Part shown: in pieces, positions 1-12,094 of the stretch
Position numbering within the stretch: the first letter of the stretch is position 1
Layout of the letters: each line of letters starts with the position of its first letter
Assembly: GCA_030295235.1 (NCBI GenBank)
Contig: AP026127.1
Span: 620,001 to 684,000 of the forward strand
Direction: 5' to 3'
DNA from: Fistulifera solaris
Lineage: Eukaryota
DNA: 64,000 nucleotides
The notes under the pieces: generated by a model
Databases searched by the model: none
The model's input: the letters and a program-made list of their open reading frames with translations, nothing else
What the model was told of the DNA's origin: nothing
Made by a program: the position numbers and the translations under genes

Positions 1-243
1 AGAAAAGAGCACACGGCTGCATTTTTGCGGACGAGGTTTTTAGTCATGCGCGATCGGGACTCACGTCACTAATATGATCCGCCTCAAGACGCAAGGAAAT
101 AACACCATCAAGATCGTCTAATCCAGAGACGAAGTTAAGTTTTAGCAGTACTAATCAAAGCGTTCTGTTCAACAAAGAAAACATACTTGCGTTCGCGCGC
201 ACAGGAAGAAACAATGTAAACGGTTTTTTATATTTTCGCACCT

Positions 244-1125
244 TTACAGTTCGTCCTTGCCGGCCGTTACCTTTGCGTTCAAAATATTGTCGTACCCTTC
301 TTTCACAGCTTCCTTCCACTTTTTAGGATCTTTTACAATATCTTTCATGTCCTGCGAGTCAAAAGCATCTTTCAGCAAGGGATCATCGTTGAATCCTCCC
401 GCTAGGAGCTTCAAACGCGCCTCTTCGATCTGGTCGTCCGACATATCGCCCATCATTTCGGCCAATCCTGCAAACACACTTTCAGGATTCTTCATAAGTT
501 CGGCAACATTTTGCATAGCGTCTGTTGCGTATTTCAGATACTCGGGGTTAGTGAATACTTGTTGCATTTCCTCAAACGATTCTCTCATTTTTAACTCGAA
601 GTAAGCGTTGTCTGTTTTATAACGAGCCAACTCCTCCGGCGGCACCGCTCCGGACGCTTCCAGGTTTTTGATGACATCGTCTTTGTTCTTTAGAACTTCA
701 GTAAGCATGTCTCCTTCTGACAACATTTTCATGGCTTCGGCCATTTGCGCTTGTAGCTCTTCCGGTGTCATTTTCGACAATTGCTCCATCGCCTGTTCAT
801 ACTGCTTCAACGTTTCTGGATCGTTAAAAGCTTCGGCGAGCATTTGGGCCATGTCATCGGCATCGGCGCCCGCAGTGGCTTGCGCGGCTCGGTTTTGCAG
901 ATCTTGAAACTTGGTTCCCTCTTGTTGCCGACGATTTCCTCCGACACCGAATTGAGCACATACGGGCTGAAAGAAAAAGCGTCAGATTGTATTCGAAAAT
1001 ATGATGAAGGAAGTACAAAGGGGATATTGGATGAGTACATCAACCACTTAGAAGCTGCTATCGGAACTTACCGAGAGGAGAAACAAAGCCGAAAGGCCAG
1101 CAAAATGCACTAATCTTGTCCACAT
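244..1125 (-). CDS. ER-lumen protein: signal peptide, Met/Glu-rich STI1/HOP-like helical repeats, C-terminal KDEL; 2 exons
   Basis: Exon 1 (1125-1072) gives MWTRLVHFAGLSALFLLS. A GTAAGT...TTTCAG intron (1071-967) joins it in frame to PVCAQFG...DDMAQM and ORF 244..852, which ends GKDEL. DP/NP-xx-M motifs are STI1-like. Confidence 0.8.
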
Positions 1126-1419
1126 ATTATTACTACGTCTTCTGTTTCGCGCGGAATAAGGCTTCCTTTTGTATAAGAGCAATAATTCGACTATCAAGAA
1201 GCCTACCAGGTATACTTGATCAATTAATTGATAATGACAACAAATAAAATCGAAGTCGGACAAGAAACACAAAAAGGTTTGAGTTCCGCGTGGCGATCGC
1301 AATCACGCGAACTGCGCTGAACTGTCGGTCGGTCGCACAAACGTTCGTAGTGGGGTGTTTTGTCTTTTATGTTGTCTTTGTCACTTCCAGAAAATCTGAG
1401 AAAGTCTACGGAGTATTTA

Positions 1420-1742
1420 TTTTCACGTGTCCAACAAATGTGGGCGCGTGATATCTTCACGTCTCCAGAAAATGTGGGAGAGTGATATTTTCACGTATCC
1501 AGAAAATGTGGGCGAGTGTTCTTTTCACGTGTCACGTGTCCAGAAAAATGGGAATGTGTCTTTTCACGTCTTCAGAAAATGCGGGAATGTGTCTTTTCAC
1601 GTCTCCAGAAAATGTGGGGGTGTACTATTTTCACTTGTCCAGAAAATGTGGGGGTGTGTTCTTTTCCCTTGTCCAGAAAATGTGGGGGTGTTTTCTTTTC
1701 ACGTTTCCAGAAAATGTGGGGGAGTGGTATTTTCACGTGCAC
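1420..1742 (+). repeat. 34-bp minisatellite, array 1 (about 9.5 units)
   Basis: Repeated unit TTTTCACGTNTCCAGAAAATGTGGG plus about 9 variable nt, read directly. Confidence 0.95.
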
Positions 1743-1871
1743 ATTTCGCGATTTTGTTGCGATGATTATATTGCGAATTGCGATTGAAAAGCGACATTGT
1801 TTTTTCATGTCGTCAACAAATTGGAGACACTCATGAAGATCCTTCCCAGAAACCACTCAAACGCTTTTAGA

Positions 1872-2766
1872 ATGAAGGCATGGATGTCATTGTGTCTCTT
1901 ATTAAACTTTTCCGATGGATTTCTCCTCTCTGAACAATTTCGACGCGGTCATCTGCGGTTGCATACCGCTAGTCTGGACGAGATCAATGAAACGAATCCT
2001 CACTCATTAGAAGAGGTGCAAGAGAAGAAGCGCCTAAAGCTGAAGCGCAAATTGAAGAATTTAAGTGAACAAACGGACCGAGGGTTTCGAGCAACGTTGG
2101 AAGAACAAAACAAGATACGCAAAATGATATTTCAGTTGGCTGCCCTCAATCCGACACCAGCACCAGCAGAAGCTTACTTTTCTGCAAATAAGCAACGAAT
2201 GGATGCGACGTACACCACTGCTGCTTCGGCACGAGGAAAATGGACGCTCATTTTCACTGATGCTCCTGACATAACTAGTTTGAAGAGTCCTTTCAATCCT
2301 TGGGCGGAACTTGGTCGCATTGGCCAAGAATGTGAGCCCCCAACAATAGCAAACGTCATTGAGTGGAAAGCTCCGAACTGGGTTCAACAGAGCCCTTTTG
2401 TTCCCGACCTGTGGAAAGGACGCAGTGAGAGCGGTGTACCACGCATTCTGCAAAAAGTAGTCACAGACGTCAGAGCCTCACCCCAATCCCCCCTCCAAAG
2501 TCTTTCTCAGACTCTCGGGCTTCAAAATCGAAGGACCTCCTGTGGATGGAGCACGTGACGTGTCGGACTTGTTTGGTTTTATATCGCAGAATGGCGTCGT
2601 TGCTGGAGGCCTTCAACAGTTTCCAATCAACTTACAAGGGCCACTGTCGGCGCCCTTTGGTGAATTTGAAATACTTTACTTGGACGAAGAGATGAGAATA
2701 ACAAGAACGGGACAAAATTACTACGCTGTTAACCTGAGAGATAGTCTATACACTGAATGGTTTTAG
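1872..2766 (+). CDS. Plastid lipid-associated protein (PAP)/fibrillin family, plastid-targeted; one apparent frameshift
   Basis: Signal peptide MKAWMSLCLLLNFSDG-F. Fibrillin motifs L..LNPT and GKWTLIFT. The C-terminal FEILYLDEEMRITRTG lies in ORF 2542..2766. Confidence 0.8.
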
Positions 2767-3162
2767 TTAGGAGGAAAGGCGACAGACGCATACGTGCTAA
2801 TCTAAAAGAGCAACAAGGGCATCATCGATTCAGCTATTTAAGAGAAAGGAAACGCTTTGACCTTCATAAAAGTAATTCTTATGTCCTGATTCTAGTCTTT
2901 ACAGGGAGCGAAAGCTCGAGGAAGAAAAAATAGACTAAAATGGGTGTTTTTCGCTATGTATCGAGATTAAGACGTACCGGTACCGTACCCTATACGGAGT
3001 ACAATCTATTCCTATGATGGTACGACATAAGTTCCCACTAGTTCTACTCTGTTTGTAGTTTGTACCTCATGATGACGTCATGAATGCCAACGCCTCCGCT
3101 GCTGCGCGGCCGCAAAACCCTCATCGCAAAAATTCATCGCGTTGAAGCGAACGATTGTTACC

Positions 3163-3575
3163 ATGGCCTCTTTCGCAGCAATCGGGGCTTTTGCCCGCCG
3201 TCGTGTAGCACATGTCGTGACACGACACACACAGAAACGTAACATGTCGTTGGGTCACCCCCTCCGCCGCCCCCGGGAGGCTGGACTGGCATTGACAAGA
3301 TTTTGCGAGACCGTCTGCCGTACGACTATCAGAGTACGTAGAGATTGTACCAGCCGTCTAGAGTAATGCATTTCACATTCATTCTTATCGTTTTCTTTTT
3401 CTTACAATCTCACTTCATTCCGAATATTACCATCGTATCAGTTGCCGCCGCCATCCTTGGTACCTACACTACTTTGATTGTTTTGTGGAGAGTCAAGGCT
3501 GCCATTTCTAAAAAAGCCCAAGGAGGAAACACCCGAGGTTACGGAAGAAGCCGCCACCGCTTAAACGTTGACTAA
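3163..3575 (+). CDS. Small mitochondrion-targeted single-pass membrane protein, uncharacterised; one intron and an apparent frameshift
   Basis: Arg-rich presequence MASFAAIGAFARRRVAH. An alternative frame gives GWTGIDKILRDRLPYDYQ, then a GTACGT intron, then the TM segment AAAILGTYTTLIVLW. Confidence 0.5.
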
Positions 3576-3921
3576 ATTGATCAAAGGAAGCCAATTAAGT
3601 TGGAATAAACTATAGGATTTTAGTCAACACTTTGCATCCAAAAGTGTCTTTAGTTAAAGGCGCGTAGAGCAAATCAATTTGCAAACAAACATGAAACATT
3701 TTGCAACAATTTTATTTGTCTTCCATTTATTTGAACATTTATTGAGAAGTTGTCATTACATCTTTGTTAACTTTGCTAAACTAAATGTGCGGTCGCACTA
3801 GGTTTCGACCTCACCTCAAAAGGAACATAGCAATGTGCCGAAACCTTGAAACTTGGATCTGTAATGTGAGGCCTTCATCTTATCTAAACATGATCTCACG
3901 TTTCGTCAAAGAATGGCAGTT

Positions 3922-4611
3922 CTAAATTGCATCATCGTTATTATCGACGTCAAAATCAGCACGAGGCTGACTTATATTTGCAACAACTGGTTTGAGGGCG
4001 CGGCAAAAATCGGACACAGCCATTCCTAACTTCAATAGAACGTGGCCTCCACCCATCCAAATAAACTTCTGTGATGCTGCAGCCTCGGCTAAAACAATGA
4101 GCACATGATTTGGGTCTGCCATACCAAAGGGGGTGACGGAATTGTGTTTGTAGCCAGTCAAACGATCGTTATCATCTTGACTCGCTATTCTGAAATCGAA
4201 ACTATTATCCTCCAGTCTGTCTTTTACAGGACGCAAGGCTCGGATGGCATTCACCAGCAACTTGTTGTCCAAACTGGCCGCGTACGGCAAGACAACTAGT
4301 ACATGTTTCGGATAGGTTGGATCGAATTGAGCAGAGTCCGGTGCTTTCTGGTTGTCCAAAAGCAAACTCTTGCACAAATTGTGCACACTCGTTGCACCCA
4401 GGCACTCGGCTCGTTTGGAGAGGGGCCAAGTATAATACGGTTCAGGGACAAACTTCCAGCATGCCGAATAGATAGCAGCATCCTCAACTGCCAGGCGGGC
4501 TCGACGCATCGCTTCGTCGACCTTATCTTGGCTACCATGATGTCGCAATTCCAGAGCCTCGACTCGTTTCTGCAGTTCTGCTACATCCGCCATTATAACG
4601 GTGGTAGTCAA
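3922..4611 (-). CDS. YbaK/prolyl-tRNA editing (aminoacyl-tRNA deacylase) domain protein
   Basis: LCKSLLLDN, LTGYKHNSVTPFG and IWMGGGHVLLKLG match YbaK/ProX family motifs. Confidence 0.85.
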   Translation of the reverse strand: MTTTVIMADVAELQKRVEALELRHHGSQDKVDEAMRRARLAVEDAAIYSACWKFVPEPYYTWPLSKRAECLGATSVHNLCKSLLLDNQKAPDSAQFDPTYPKHVLVVLPYAASLDNKLLVNAIRALRPVKDRLEDNSFDFRIASQDDNDRLTGYKHNSVTPFGMADPNHVLIVLAEAAASQKFIWMGGGHVLLKLGMAVSDFCRALKPVVANISQPRADFDVDNNDDAI

Positions 4612-4725
4612 AATATATTGTAAACGTGGGTACGGTTTGTTTGAACCGATACAACAAACAACAACTTTTTGAACGCTGCGTGGAATGATAACCTTACCCG
4701 AGGCAAAGAAAACGCATCGAACATA

Positions 4726-5240
4726 CGTCTCCAGAAAATGTGGGAATGTGTCTTTTCACGTGTCCAGAAAATGTGGGAATGTGTTCTTTTCACGTGTCCA
4801 GAAAATGTGGGAGCGTGATATTTTAAAGTCTTAGAAAATGTGGGCGTGTGTTCTTTTCACGTATCCAGAAAATGTGGGCGTGTGTTCTTTTCACGTCTCC
4901 AGAAAATGTGGGATCGTTATATTTTCACGTGTCACAAAAGTGGGCGCGTGATATTTTCACCTCTCCAGATAATGTGGGCGAGTGATGTCTTCACGTTTCC
5001 AGAAAATGTGGGGGTGTGATACTTTCACATGTCCAGAAATGTGGGAATGCGGTGTTGTGTTTGGGGTTGTTGATCCAGATAATCTGGATGTTTTTGTTTC
5101 ACTTCTCCAGATAATCTGGAAGGGCGTTGTTTCGACGTGTCCAGATAATCTGGGATTGCGGTCTTTTCACATGTGCAGAAAATGTGGGGGTGTGGTATTT
5201 TGTGGAATTTTCACTTGTCCAGATAATAAATCTGGGGATC
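4726..5240 (+). repeat. 34-bp minisatellite, array 2 (about 15 units, degenerating rightwards)
   Basis: Same unit and orientation as 1420-1742. Right-hand units carry the variant core CCAGATAATCTGG. Confidence 0.95.
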
Positions 5241-5514
5241 TAAAGTGTTCTCTTCGCTTCTAACAGAAAATCTGATGGGGCTTCACTGTACCTCTGGTAC
5301 TCGGGCGGATTTCGCACGACAAAACTTTTTCGATCCTTCCCAGGCAAACTTTCTGCGTTTATACGAACAAGGAGAAAATGATCATGAAGAAGGAATGAGC
5401 AATGCTCGAGCAAAGATCAGCCAAGGAGCGTGCTTTGCACCGCCTTTCGCTCATAATTTTGATAGTTAAGAAACTTGTCTCCGTTGCTTTTGTTGAACGC
5501 ACTATCGTTTCACC

Positions 5515-6249
5515 ATGAAGGTCTCCGGATATCATTATTGTATGTTCGTCAGTATGACACTCTTCGCTGTCAATGCCAGAGCCCAAGATAATCTTTGCGC
5601 CGAAGGCTACATTATGGATGATTTGTGCGTCCAACGTGGAACATTGTTGGACCCTGCCGGTACTCCGACTTTTGTCAACCCTGCTGTGCACACAGTGCAC
5701 TGTTTGATCGATGTTGATGCATGCCGCGACAGTGGCTTCCACATCCTCCAGGATCCCACATCCGAAGGTGGGGAGTACTCGATTGCTTACACGTTCACAG
5801 ATGATGCCAACGCGATGCTCATCGACTTGATGAAAGCCGAAGGAAGCTGCACCAACGGATGCACAGGAACTGCTGTCGACAACTTTCGTATTGGTGTGAA
5901 AGGGACAACTCAAGAAGTGGATGGTGTAATCAAATTTGAAGCCTCCGAAAGTGCGTATATTTCTGCTGATGCGATAGGCACCTACTGCGAGGAAGGAACA
6001 CCTGAAGAAAGTCCTGTGACATCGGCGCCCGTAGCAACAACCCCTGTCGAGAATCCCGTGACATCGGCGCCTGTAGTAACCCCTGTTGAGAATCCTGTCG
6101 CAACCGAGCCGCCTGTAGTAACCCCTGTTGAGAATCCTGTCGTAACCGAGCCTGCAGAATCTCCCGTTTCAAGCCCTGTTAGCTCGGGAACTCTCACCCA
6201 TGGACGGATCGCGGCCATGATCTTTGCACTTGTCGCTGCCGTGATGTAA
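5515..6249 (+). CDS. Secreted/cell-surface Cys-rich protein with Pro/Thr/Val stalk and probable GPI-anchor signal
   Basis: Signal peptide ending ARA-QD. Cys/His domain CAEGYIMDDLC...HTVHCLIDVDAC. Tandem PVENPV/TSAPV repeats. Hydrophobic terminus after SSG. Confidence 0.75.
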   Translation: MKVSGYHYCMFVSMTLFAVNARAQDNLCAEGYIMDDLCVQRGTLLDPAGTPTFVNPAVHTVHCLIDVDACRDSGFHILQDPTSEGGEYSIAYTFTDDANAMLIDLMKAEGSCTNGCTGTAVDNFRIGVKGTTQEVDGVIKFEASESAYISADAIGTYCEEGTPEESPVTSAPVATTPVENPVTSAPVVTPVENPVATEPPVVTPVENPVVTEPAESPVSSPVSSGTLTHGRIAAMIFALVAAVM

Positions 6250-6554
6250 ACGTTTGCGGCAGGAACTACATATTGATATTACATGATATCATTTTACACT
6301 GCTTTTGTGTTGATTAGGTCTAGTCAAGTGTAAAGCTTTAGGGACCTACTTTCAGTCACGTTCTCGCACGACTAAGTTGCTCTCGCGCATACACGCGCGA
6401 AGGATATTATATTTTTTATACGATGAGCAGCATGAATTAATAGATCAAAGCCTAAATTATGATTCTTGCTTGGGTGCTGCTATATTCGAAACGGTAAATC
6501 GAGGCTGTGAAACCCGGTGCATGTACCGGAAACTCAACTTCATCAGTTGGCAAA

Positions 6555-8246
6555 ATGGCCGTTGAAGTCATCATTGCCATCGACATCGGAAGCAGCAGCA
6601 TACGATGTTCTGCATACAGAGAACTCAATATCATAGCGTCATCCTTTAATACTACCAGTTCTGTCAATACTGTCTCTGGAATGATCAATATTCAATCCAC
6701 CGGTGCGAAGACTCTGCTGGATCTGGTAGAGGAATGTTTGGATGAAACACTCGAGAAACTGGAGTACATGGATGAGACCGTGCAGGTTGTATCCGTTGGA
6801 TTTGCATGCTTTGTCATGAACTTGATAGGAACTGATAAAAATGGCAATATCATCGGATCAGAGGCGACCATGAGTTACGCCTGCGGCTCAGATGAAGTGG
6901 CAAACGAAGTTGACGCTCTGAAAAGGTAATATTGCTCGGGGTTTTCATTTGCTCTTGTTCTGTTGAATTATCGTTCTCAGTTTAGCTACGTTGGATTTTC
7001 CAAGGGAACTAGGAGAAGAAAAAAGCACTGGAGCTCTACAAACGAACCGGTGCACCGCTACACTCCCGCTTACGCGATAGCGCAACTCCGGGCCTTCTAT
7101 AAGTCAAATTCAGATAGTGTTTCAAAAGTCAGCCAGTGGAAATCAATATGCAGCCTACTACTGGATCGATGGACGGCTAGAGACGATACCCCGATATCCT
7201 ATTCGGAGGCTAGTTGGTGCGGACTTCTCAATTATGGAACGTGCGATTACGATGATCTGGCTTTGGACTTGCTTCCTGATGCTTGCACAAACGCTTTACC
7301 AAAACTAGCAGACTTCGATGAAGTCCCATTTCTCAACGAAGGGATATCACAACGGACTTCTTACTGGGAGCGTTGGCCGTTACTACGTGGATCGAGACTG
7401 TTTTTAGGCCTTGGAGATGGTGCTTGTGCCAACATTGGTAGTAAATGCTCTGTCCCTAATCGTATAGCTTGCACGGTTGGAACATCTGCTGCGGCTCGCG
7501 TTTGTTTGCCCTGTCCCATCGGACTTTCCGAAAGTCTCAATTTTGAAGCTGGATTGTTTTGCTACCGAATCGATCGTTCGCATATACTTCTTGGTGGTGC
7601 TTTGAACGACGGCGGAAATGCGGTTGAATGGATTCGGCAACTGCTGAATTTGCAGACTGATGAGAGTTTTGATGAATGCTTGAAAGCGGTCTCCTTGCTG
7701 ACGGAGAGTGACTGTAATAAGGGCTCGTCAATAGGGACCCCCACATTAATACCTTTTTTGAGCGGAGAAAGGAGCACTGGTTTCCGTACAAGGGCAACTG
7801 GTGCGATGATTGATCTCACGCATGCCACCACCCCAGCGCACATGCTCAAAAGTGTTCTCGAAGGTGTCACCTTACGTTTAAACGCGATTGTGGCGCGGAT
7901 ATGCCAAACCTCTAAGTCCCTTCATCAAAGTACGGCCTCTATCTTAGTTGTCAGTGGTAAGGCACTGGAAGTCAACGACATATGGCGTCAAATGTTAGCG
8001 AATTGTTCCGGGATCAAGGTTGTTTTTGACAAGGCCACTCAAGAAGGAACCAGCCGCGGCGTCGCAGTTCTTATTACAAGAGCAATACAGCAGAGTAGAG
8101 ATAGAGATGCGAGATTATATCTTCCGGGAGAGACCATTTCCAACGCATTGATAGAAGAACCCGTCGATGCTTTGAGAGGGTATTGGAAACACATTTCCAA
8201 CCGACAAGAGAAGTTGCTTTATGCTATATCAGACATGTACGATTAA
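6555..8246 (+). CDS. FGGY-family carbohydrate kinase (gluconokinase/xylulokinase-like); intron at about 6926-6984
   Basis: IAIDIGSSSIR phosphate-1 motif, GLGDGACANIGS, TVGTSAAAR, PFLSGERSTG, SVLEGV. Confidence 0.9.
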
Positions 8247-8283
8247 CAGAATAACTTCGATTTTACATTGTAAAAGTTTCTAT

Positions 8284-9499
8284 CTATGAACTTAATAGGG
8301 CAGGTTCCAGTGTACCTTCCTCCGCTGCCTGTCGTAGCTTCCCCAAAGCCGCATGACATAGTCTTCTGCAGTATTCGGCTGAAACCTGCATACGCTTTCC
8401 GATCTCGACAAAGCTCATGGACTCACCCCACCTGCCGCCAGCTGGAATTTCTGACGCGGTGTAAGTGGATGATGTCCCGAAAATGTTTTTTTCGGCTTCA
8501 CTTAGATAATTTCTTTTTAGAGGGAGGCGCGTACCGCTCTTCATTGAGCCCGTACCTCCAGCTCAGTGCTTCAATTTCGCGTGGACCTAAGAATCTCCCA
8601 AGAGCCTGCTTTAGCTGCTCTTTATCAGCCACGGTCAGTGACTGGGTGTCTGGAAAGCTTCCGAAATCCGAATCGAGATCCTTGCCTTTCTGCATCCACG
8701 TCTCGAAGGATACAACGCCAGCCCTTCTTCTGCGATTGACCTTCATTGCAGTTTCAAGCTGCTTCTCGCTGACGCCGGCAGTTTCCGCGAGCATTTTTGC
8801 CGACTGTGCCTCCTTCCATGCGCTGCTACTCTCAAGGGAGATGAAACTGTCTCCATTGATATCTAAACCGAGCGTCTTGGCCGCTCGCGTCACCTTTCGA
8901 ACGGCAGCTGAGACGTGCTCGGGAACCCTTACGATATCATCTCGCTCAGCTATACACCGAAAAATCGCAGCTCTGATCCAGTACATAGCATAGGTGGAGA
9001 ATTTACCTCCTATTTCAGGGTCCCAGCGGTCTACAGCTCTGGCCAGACCGATGGCACCTTCCTGCACTAAATCCTCATGAGAAAGAGACTGAAGCTTTTT
9101 CTTTCTGTTTCCCATAATCTCATTCACTGAAAAGTAAACCAGGCCCATATTTCTTGTCACTAGCTGTTCTCGCGCCAAGTACCCACGGTTCTCAATTTCC
9201 TGCATCTTCTCCAGATCATATCCAAGTGCTCGAGAAAGCTCAAGCCGCGACACTTGAAGCTTCGGTGATTTCATTGCTAATTCTTTTTCCTTCGATTTTA
9301 AAAGACGCGCTTCGACTGCTTGTTTGAGTAGCTCAGCTTGGTCTTCCGGCGATAACCGCTCCTGCCGTAATGCATACATAGAGGAGGAAAATCTTCGGAT
9401 CGTTCTTGGTTGCATCGTCGTAAAACCGGATACCGTCACTCCGTTAACGCAGAGCATTGCGCATACTGCTATCAATCTTTTTCTTGAAGGGAACGCCAT
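8284..9499 (-). CDS. Nucleus-encoded plastid RNA polymerase sigma-70 factor; apparent frameshift near 8520
   Basis: Bipartite leader ...VTVSG-F. Region 2: NMGLV, DLVQEGAIGLARAVDRWDP..GGKFSTYAMYWIR. Region 4: REIEALSWRYGL and MSFVEIGKRMQVSAEYCRRL. Confidence 0.9.
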
Positions 9500-9976
9500 T
9501 GCTTCGTCTGAATGTGATGACTGCGACGCTCTTATTATTTTATGTCAAGGCAAACGCTACCTTTCTGCGCTGACTCTGCGATCTGCGCAGCATGCCTTTT
9601 TCACCGAAAGAGTCAGAAAGGCTCAGCACATCACGTGTTGAGATGACCTAGCGCTGACGTCATGAGTGCGGAAAAGAGTAGACTTGGTTGAACGTTGACG
9701 TTGGACACTGACTGTTTTTGTACAACGTCGGCAGAGCTTCTGAGTTTCTCTCGTCAACTCAGTCAAACAAAACGGCTAGGGATAACGAGATAGGGGTTCA
9801 CCGCGCACCTTACTTATGTTCCCGATCATGTTCCATGTTGTTTTATAATAGCCTACGATAACATCAAGAATGAACGAACAAAAAGATACTTTCCTATCGA
9901 AGATCTATAGGACTAAAGCACTGACCCGTCATCAGTGTTCTTTACTGTCTCGTCGTCAGTTTCGTAGCATGATTCA

Positions 9977-12094
9977 TCATCGGCATTTCGCTTCGTGCGC
10001 CTCACCCTTCCCCCTGAATTTGCGACTGCAGCCGTCCTGCTTCGCCTTCTTTAAAGAGAGTTTCTCCAAAAACTCCATGCTTTTGTTAACCCTGGTCTTT
10101 GGTTTCTCGGGGTATTGGTCATCTCGCTCAGATTGATGATCCGAGCAATCACTATGTGGCGTAGCTTTCGACGAAACTGATACTACACCGGAGCCGTGCA
10201 AAGATCCTGGCATTACGATGTTTCCAACTAAGCTTGCTAGGCTGACGGAGTGATCATCTTCGCTGGCGCTTTTTGGACGTTCTTGATAAACTGGTAATTC
10301 AAGCGGTAGGTGCTTCTGTCTTTCGTTTTTCGCCGTTGTTCGCTTTTTCGAGATTCTCATTAAATCGTTCTCATCGCGATTTTTCTCGAAAATAGATTTT
10401 GCAGCTTTCACGGGAGCTAAACTTTCAGTTTCGACTAAGCCCGTCGCTCCATACTGATCGCGGAACTTGGATCGATATGGCGCATGCTTTCCTTGCTCCT
10501 CCCTTTTCTTCGGAAGTGCATTATTTGACCTAGGCCCCTCTGATGCCCCTCGGGATGTTTTCTTTTGAGCAGTATCCGGGGCGATTGGTTGGCGGGCTAA
10601 TCGAGCAGGTTGAGTAGGCTGAGTAGAGTGAGAAGAAAAATTCAGCTCGTCATCGTCTCCATCTCCCAAAATATAGTTCAAATCAGAAAATGACTCAAGT
10701 AGCGAAGCCGGTTGAGCGAAACTTGCTGCATCCTCTTCAAGTTGTCTGTCATGCTTATCGCCAGGCGACTTTTCTTTCCTGCGTTCCCGAGACATGCTCC
10801 TTTCACGTCTTTTGCCAGATCCTTCTGTCCGATGACTCGTATCGTCTTTTCTGGTAGTTGCTTGCGAGATTCGTCCGTGTGCTGAACGAGAGAGACATCT
10901 GTTACCGCTTGAACTTGACACAGAGGAATCGCAACTTGATTTGCTGTGCTTCAACCGACGTATCGGTTCCCTTTCCGCCTCCTTCCGAACAGTCTCCTCT
11001 CGACTTCGATTGTTTTTGCTCGTTAACCTGGAATCCTGCGTATCCTTGACGTCAGATATCTCTTGTCTTAGGCTACGCGAGCTTCGGCTTATATTATCAC
11101 TGTAGCTCGACAGCTTCGAGCCACGGGTAGAACGAGGCTCAACGTGCTTTTCGATACGTCGCGAATGGTTCGAATCAATCATTGACGCAAGCTTCTGAAC
11201 ATGCGAAGAAGTCTGGGGCGTTCGTTTGCTTGTAGCATACGTGGTTTTCTTATCGTCGTTCTTATTCAAGAAAGAGGCTTTTCTTCGCGAGCTTCTTTCA
11301 CTAATATCCTCGTCCGGGCGTTGCTTGGAGGATGCAGACGATCCAGCGTGCTTTTTGGATAAAGAAATGGGTCTACGACTGCTTACAGTACTTCGTTCGC
11401 TTGTTTCCTCGCTACGATCACGCCCACACCGCTTCTCTTTCTGTTCCTTTGGCTTGGAAGAAGTGCTATTTGAAGAACCTTTCACCTCGCCGTTCTTTGA
11501 TATGCGATTCTTCTTTTCTGTCATGGTTTCCTTTTCAGCTCTTTGGCGAGACATTGCACGATCTTTACCTTCAACCGGAAGGTTGGGTCGACGATCTTCT
11601 TGTTTGATGCTCATTTTTCGTTTTATACTCACAGGACTCATGAAGCTCTTCTGATCGTCTTTCTCATCTGCAAAAATACCGGAGCAGTCAAAGTCATCCC
11701 CTTCGAATTCTGCCAAACCCAATGAATCGATTGACGCATACGAACTGTGACAATCGCTGTTGCTGGGGTCGTTTGCTTGACTTTCAGGTCTCGTACTGTG
11801 ATCTTCTATAGAGCCCGAACTCCCCGAAGAAGTCAATGTGAGGGACGTCGCGACAGTGGCCCCGGATCCCTTAGGGAGCACTCGCTTCCTCTCCAGAAAA
11901 GTCAGATCCGTTTTGTTGCGTGAACCAGATTTCAAACCTGTATCCGTCGCTCGTTGCCTCTGCACTCGATCGGACACCGTCATCACTGTGTTGTTAAATA
12001 CTCCCGCCTTGCGCATTTTCACCGGCGGCTTGTGACTGGAAGTCTTGTTCATTTCCAGTGCAGCCGTCAGGCGACTCACGGTGCCGGAAGCCAT
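9977..12094 (-). CDS. Ser/Arg/Lys-rich low-complexity hypothetical protein
   Basis: Uninterrupted 705-codon ORF of disordered composition. No recognisable domain. Confidence 0.65.
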   Translation of the reverse strand: MASGTVSRLTAALEMNKTSSHKPPVKMRKAGVFNNTVMTVSDRVQRQRATDTGLKSGSRNKTDLTFLERKRVLPKGSGATVATSLTLTSSGSSGSIEDHSTRPESQANDPSNSDCHSSYASIDSLGLAEFEGDDFDCSGIFADEKDDQKSFMSPVSIKRKMSIKQEDRRPNLPVEGKDRAMSRQRAEKETMTEKKNRISKNGEVKGSSNSTSSKPKEQKEKRCGRDRSEETSERSTVSSRRPISLSKKHAGSSASSKQRPDEDISERSSRRKASFLNKNDDKKTTYATSKRTPQTSSHVQKLASMIDSNHSRRIEKHVEPRSTRGSKLSSYSDNISRSSRSLRQEISDVKDTQDSRLTSKNNRSREETVRKEAEREPIRRLKHSKSSCDSSVSSSSGNRCLSRSAHGRISQATTRKDDTSHRTEGSGKRRERSMSRERRKEKSPGDKHDRQLEEDAASFAQPASLLESFSDLNYILGDGDDDELNFSSHSTQPTQPARLARQPIAPDTAQKKTSRGASEGPRSNNALPKKREEQGKHAPYRSKFRDQYGATGLVETESLAPVKAAKSIFEKNRDENDLMRISKKRTTAKNERQKHLPLELPVYQERPKSASEDDHSVSLASLVGNIVMPGSLHGSGVVSVSSKATPHSDCSDHQSERDDQYPEKPKTRVNKSMEFLEKLSLKKAKQDGCSRKFRGKGEAHEAKCR

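Noticed and set aside
1420..5240. CRISPR-like appearance of the 34-bp arrays (constant core plus variable segment)
   Set aside because: The variable parts are only about 9 nt and related to each other, there are no cas genes, and the context is eukaryotic. It is a minisatellite. ORFs called across the arrays are artefacts.
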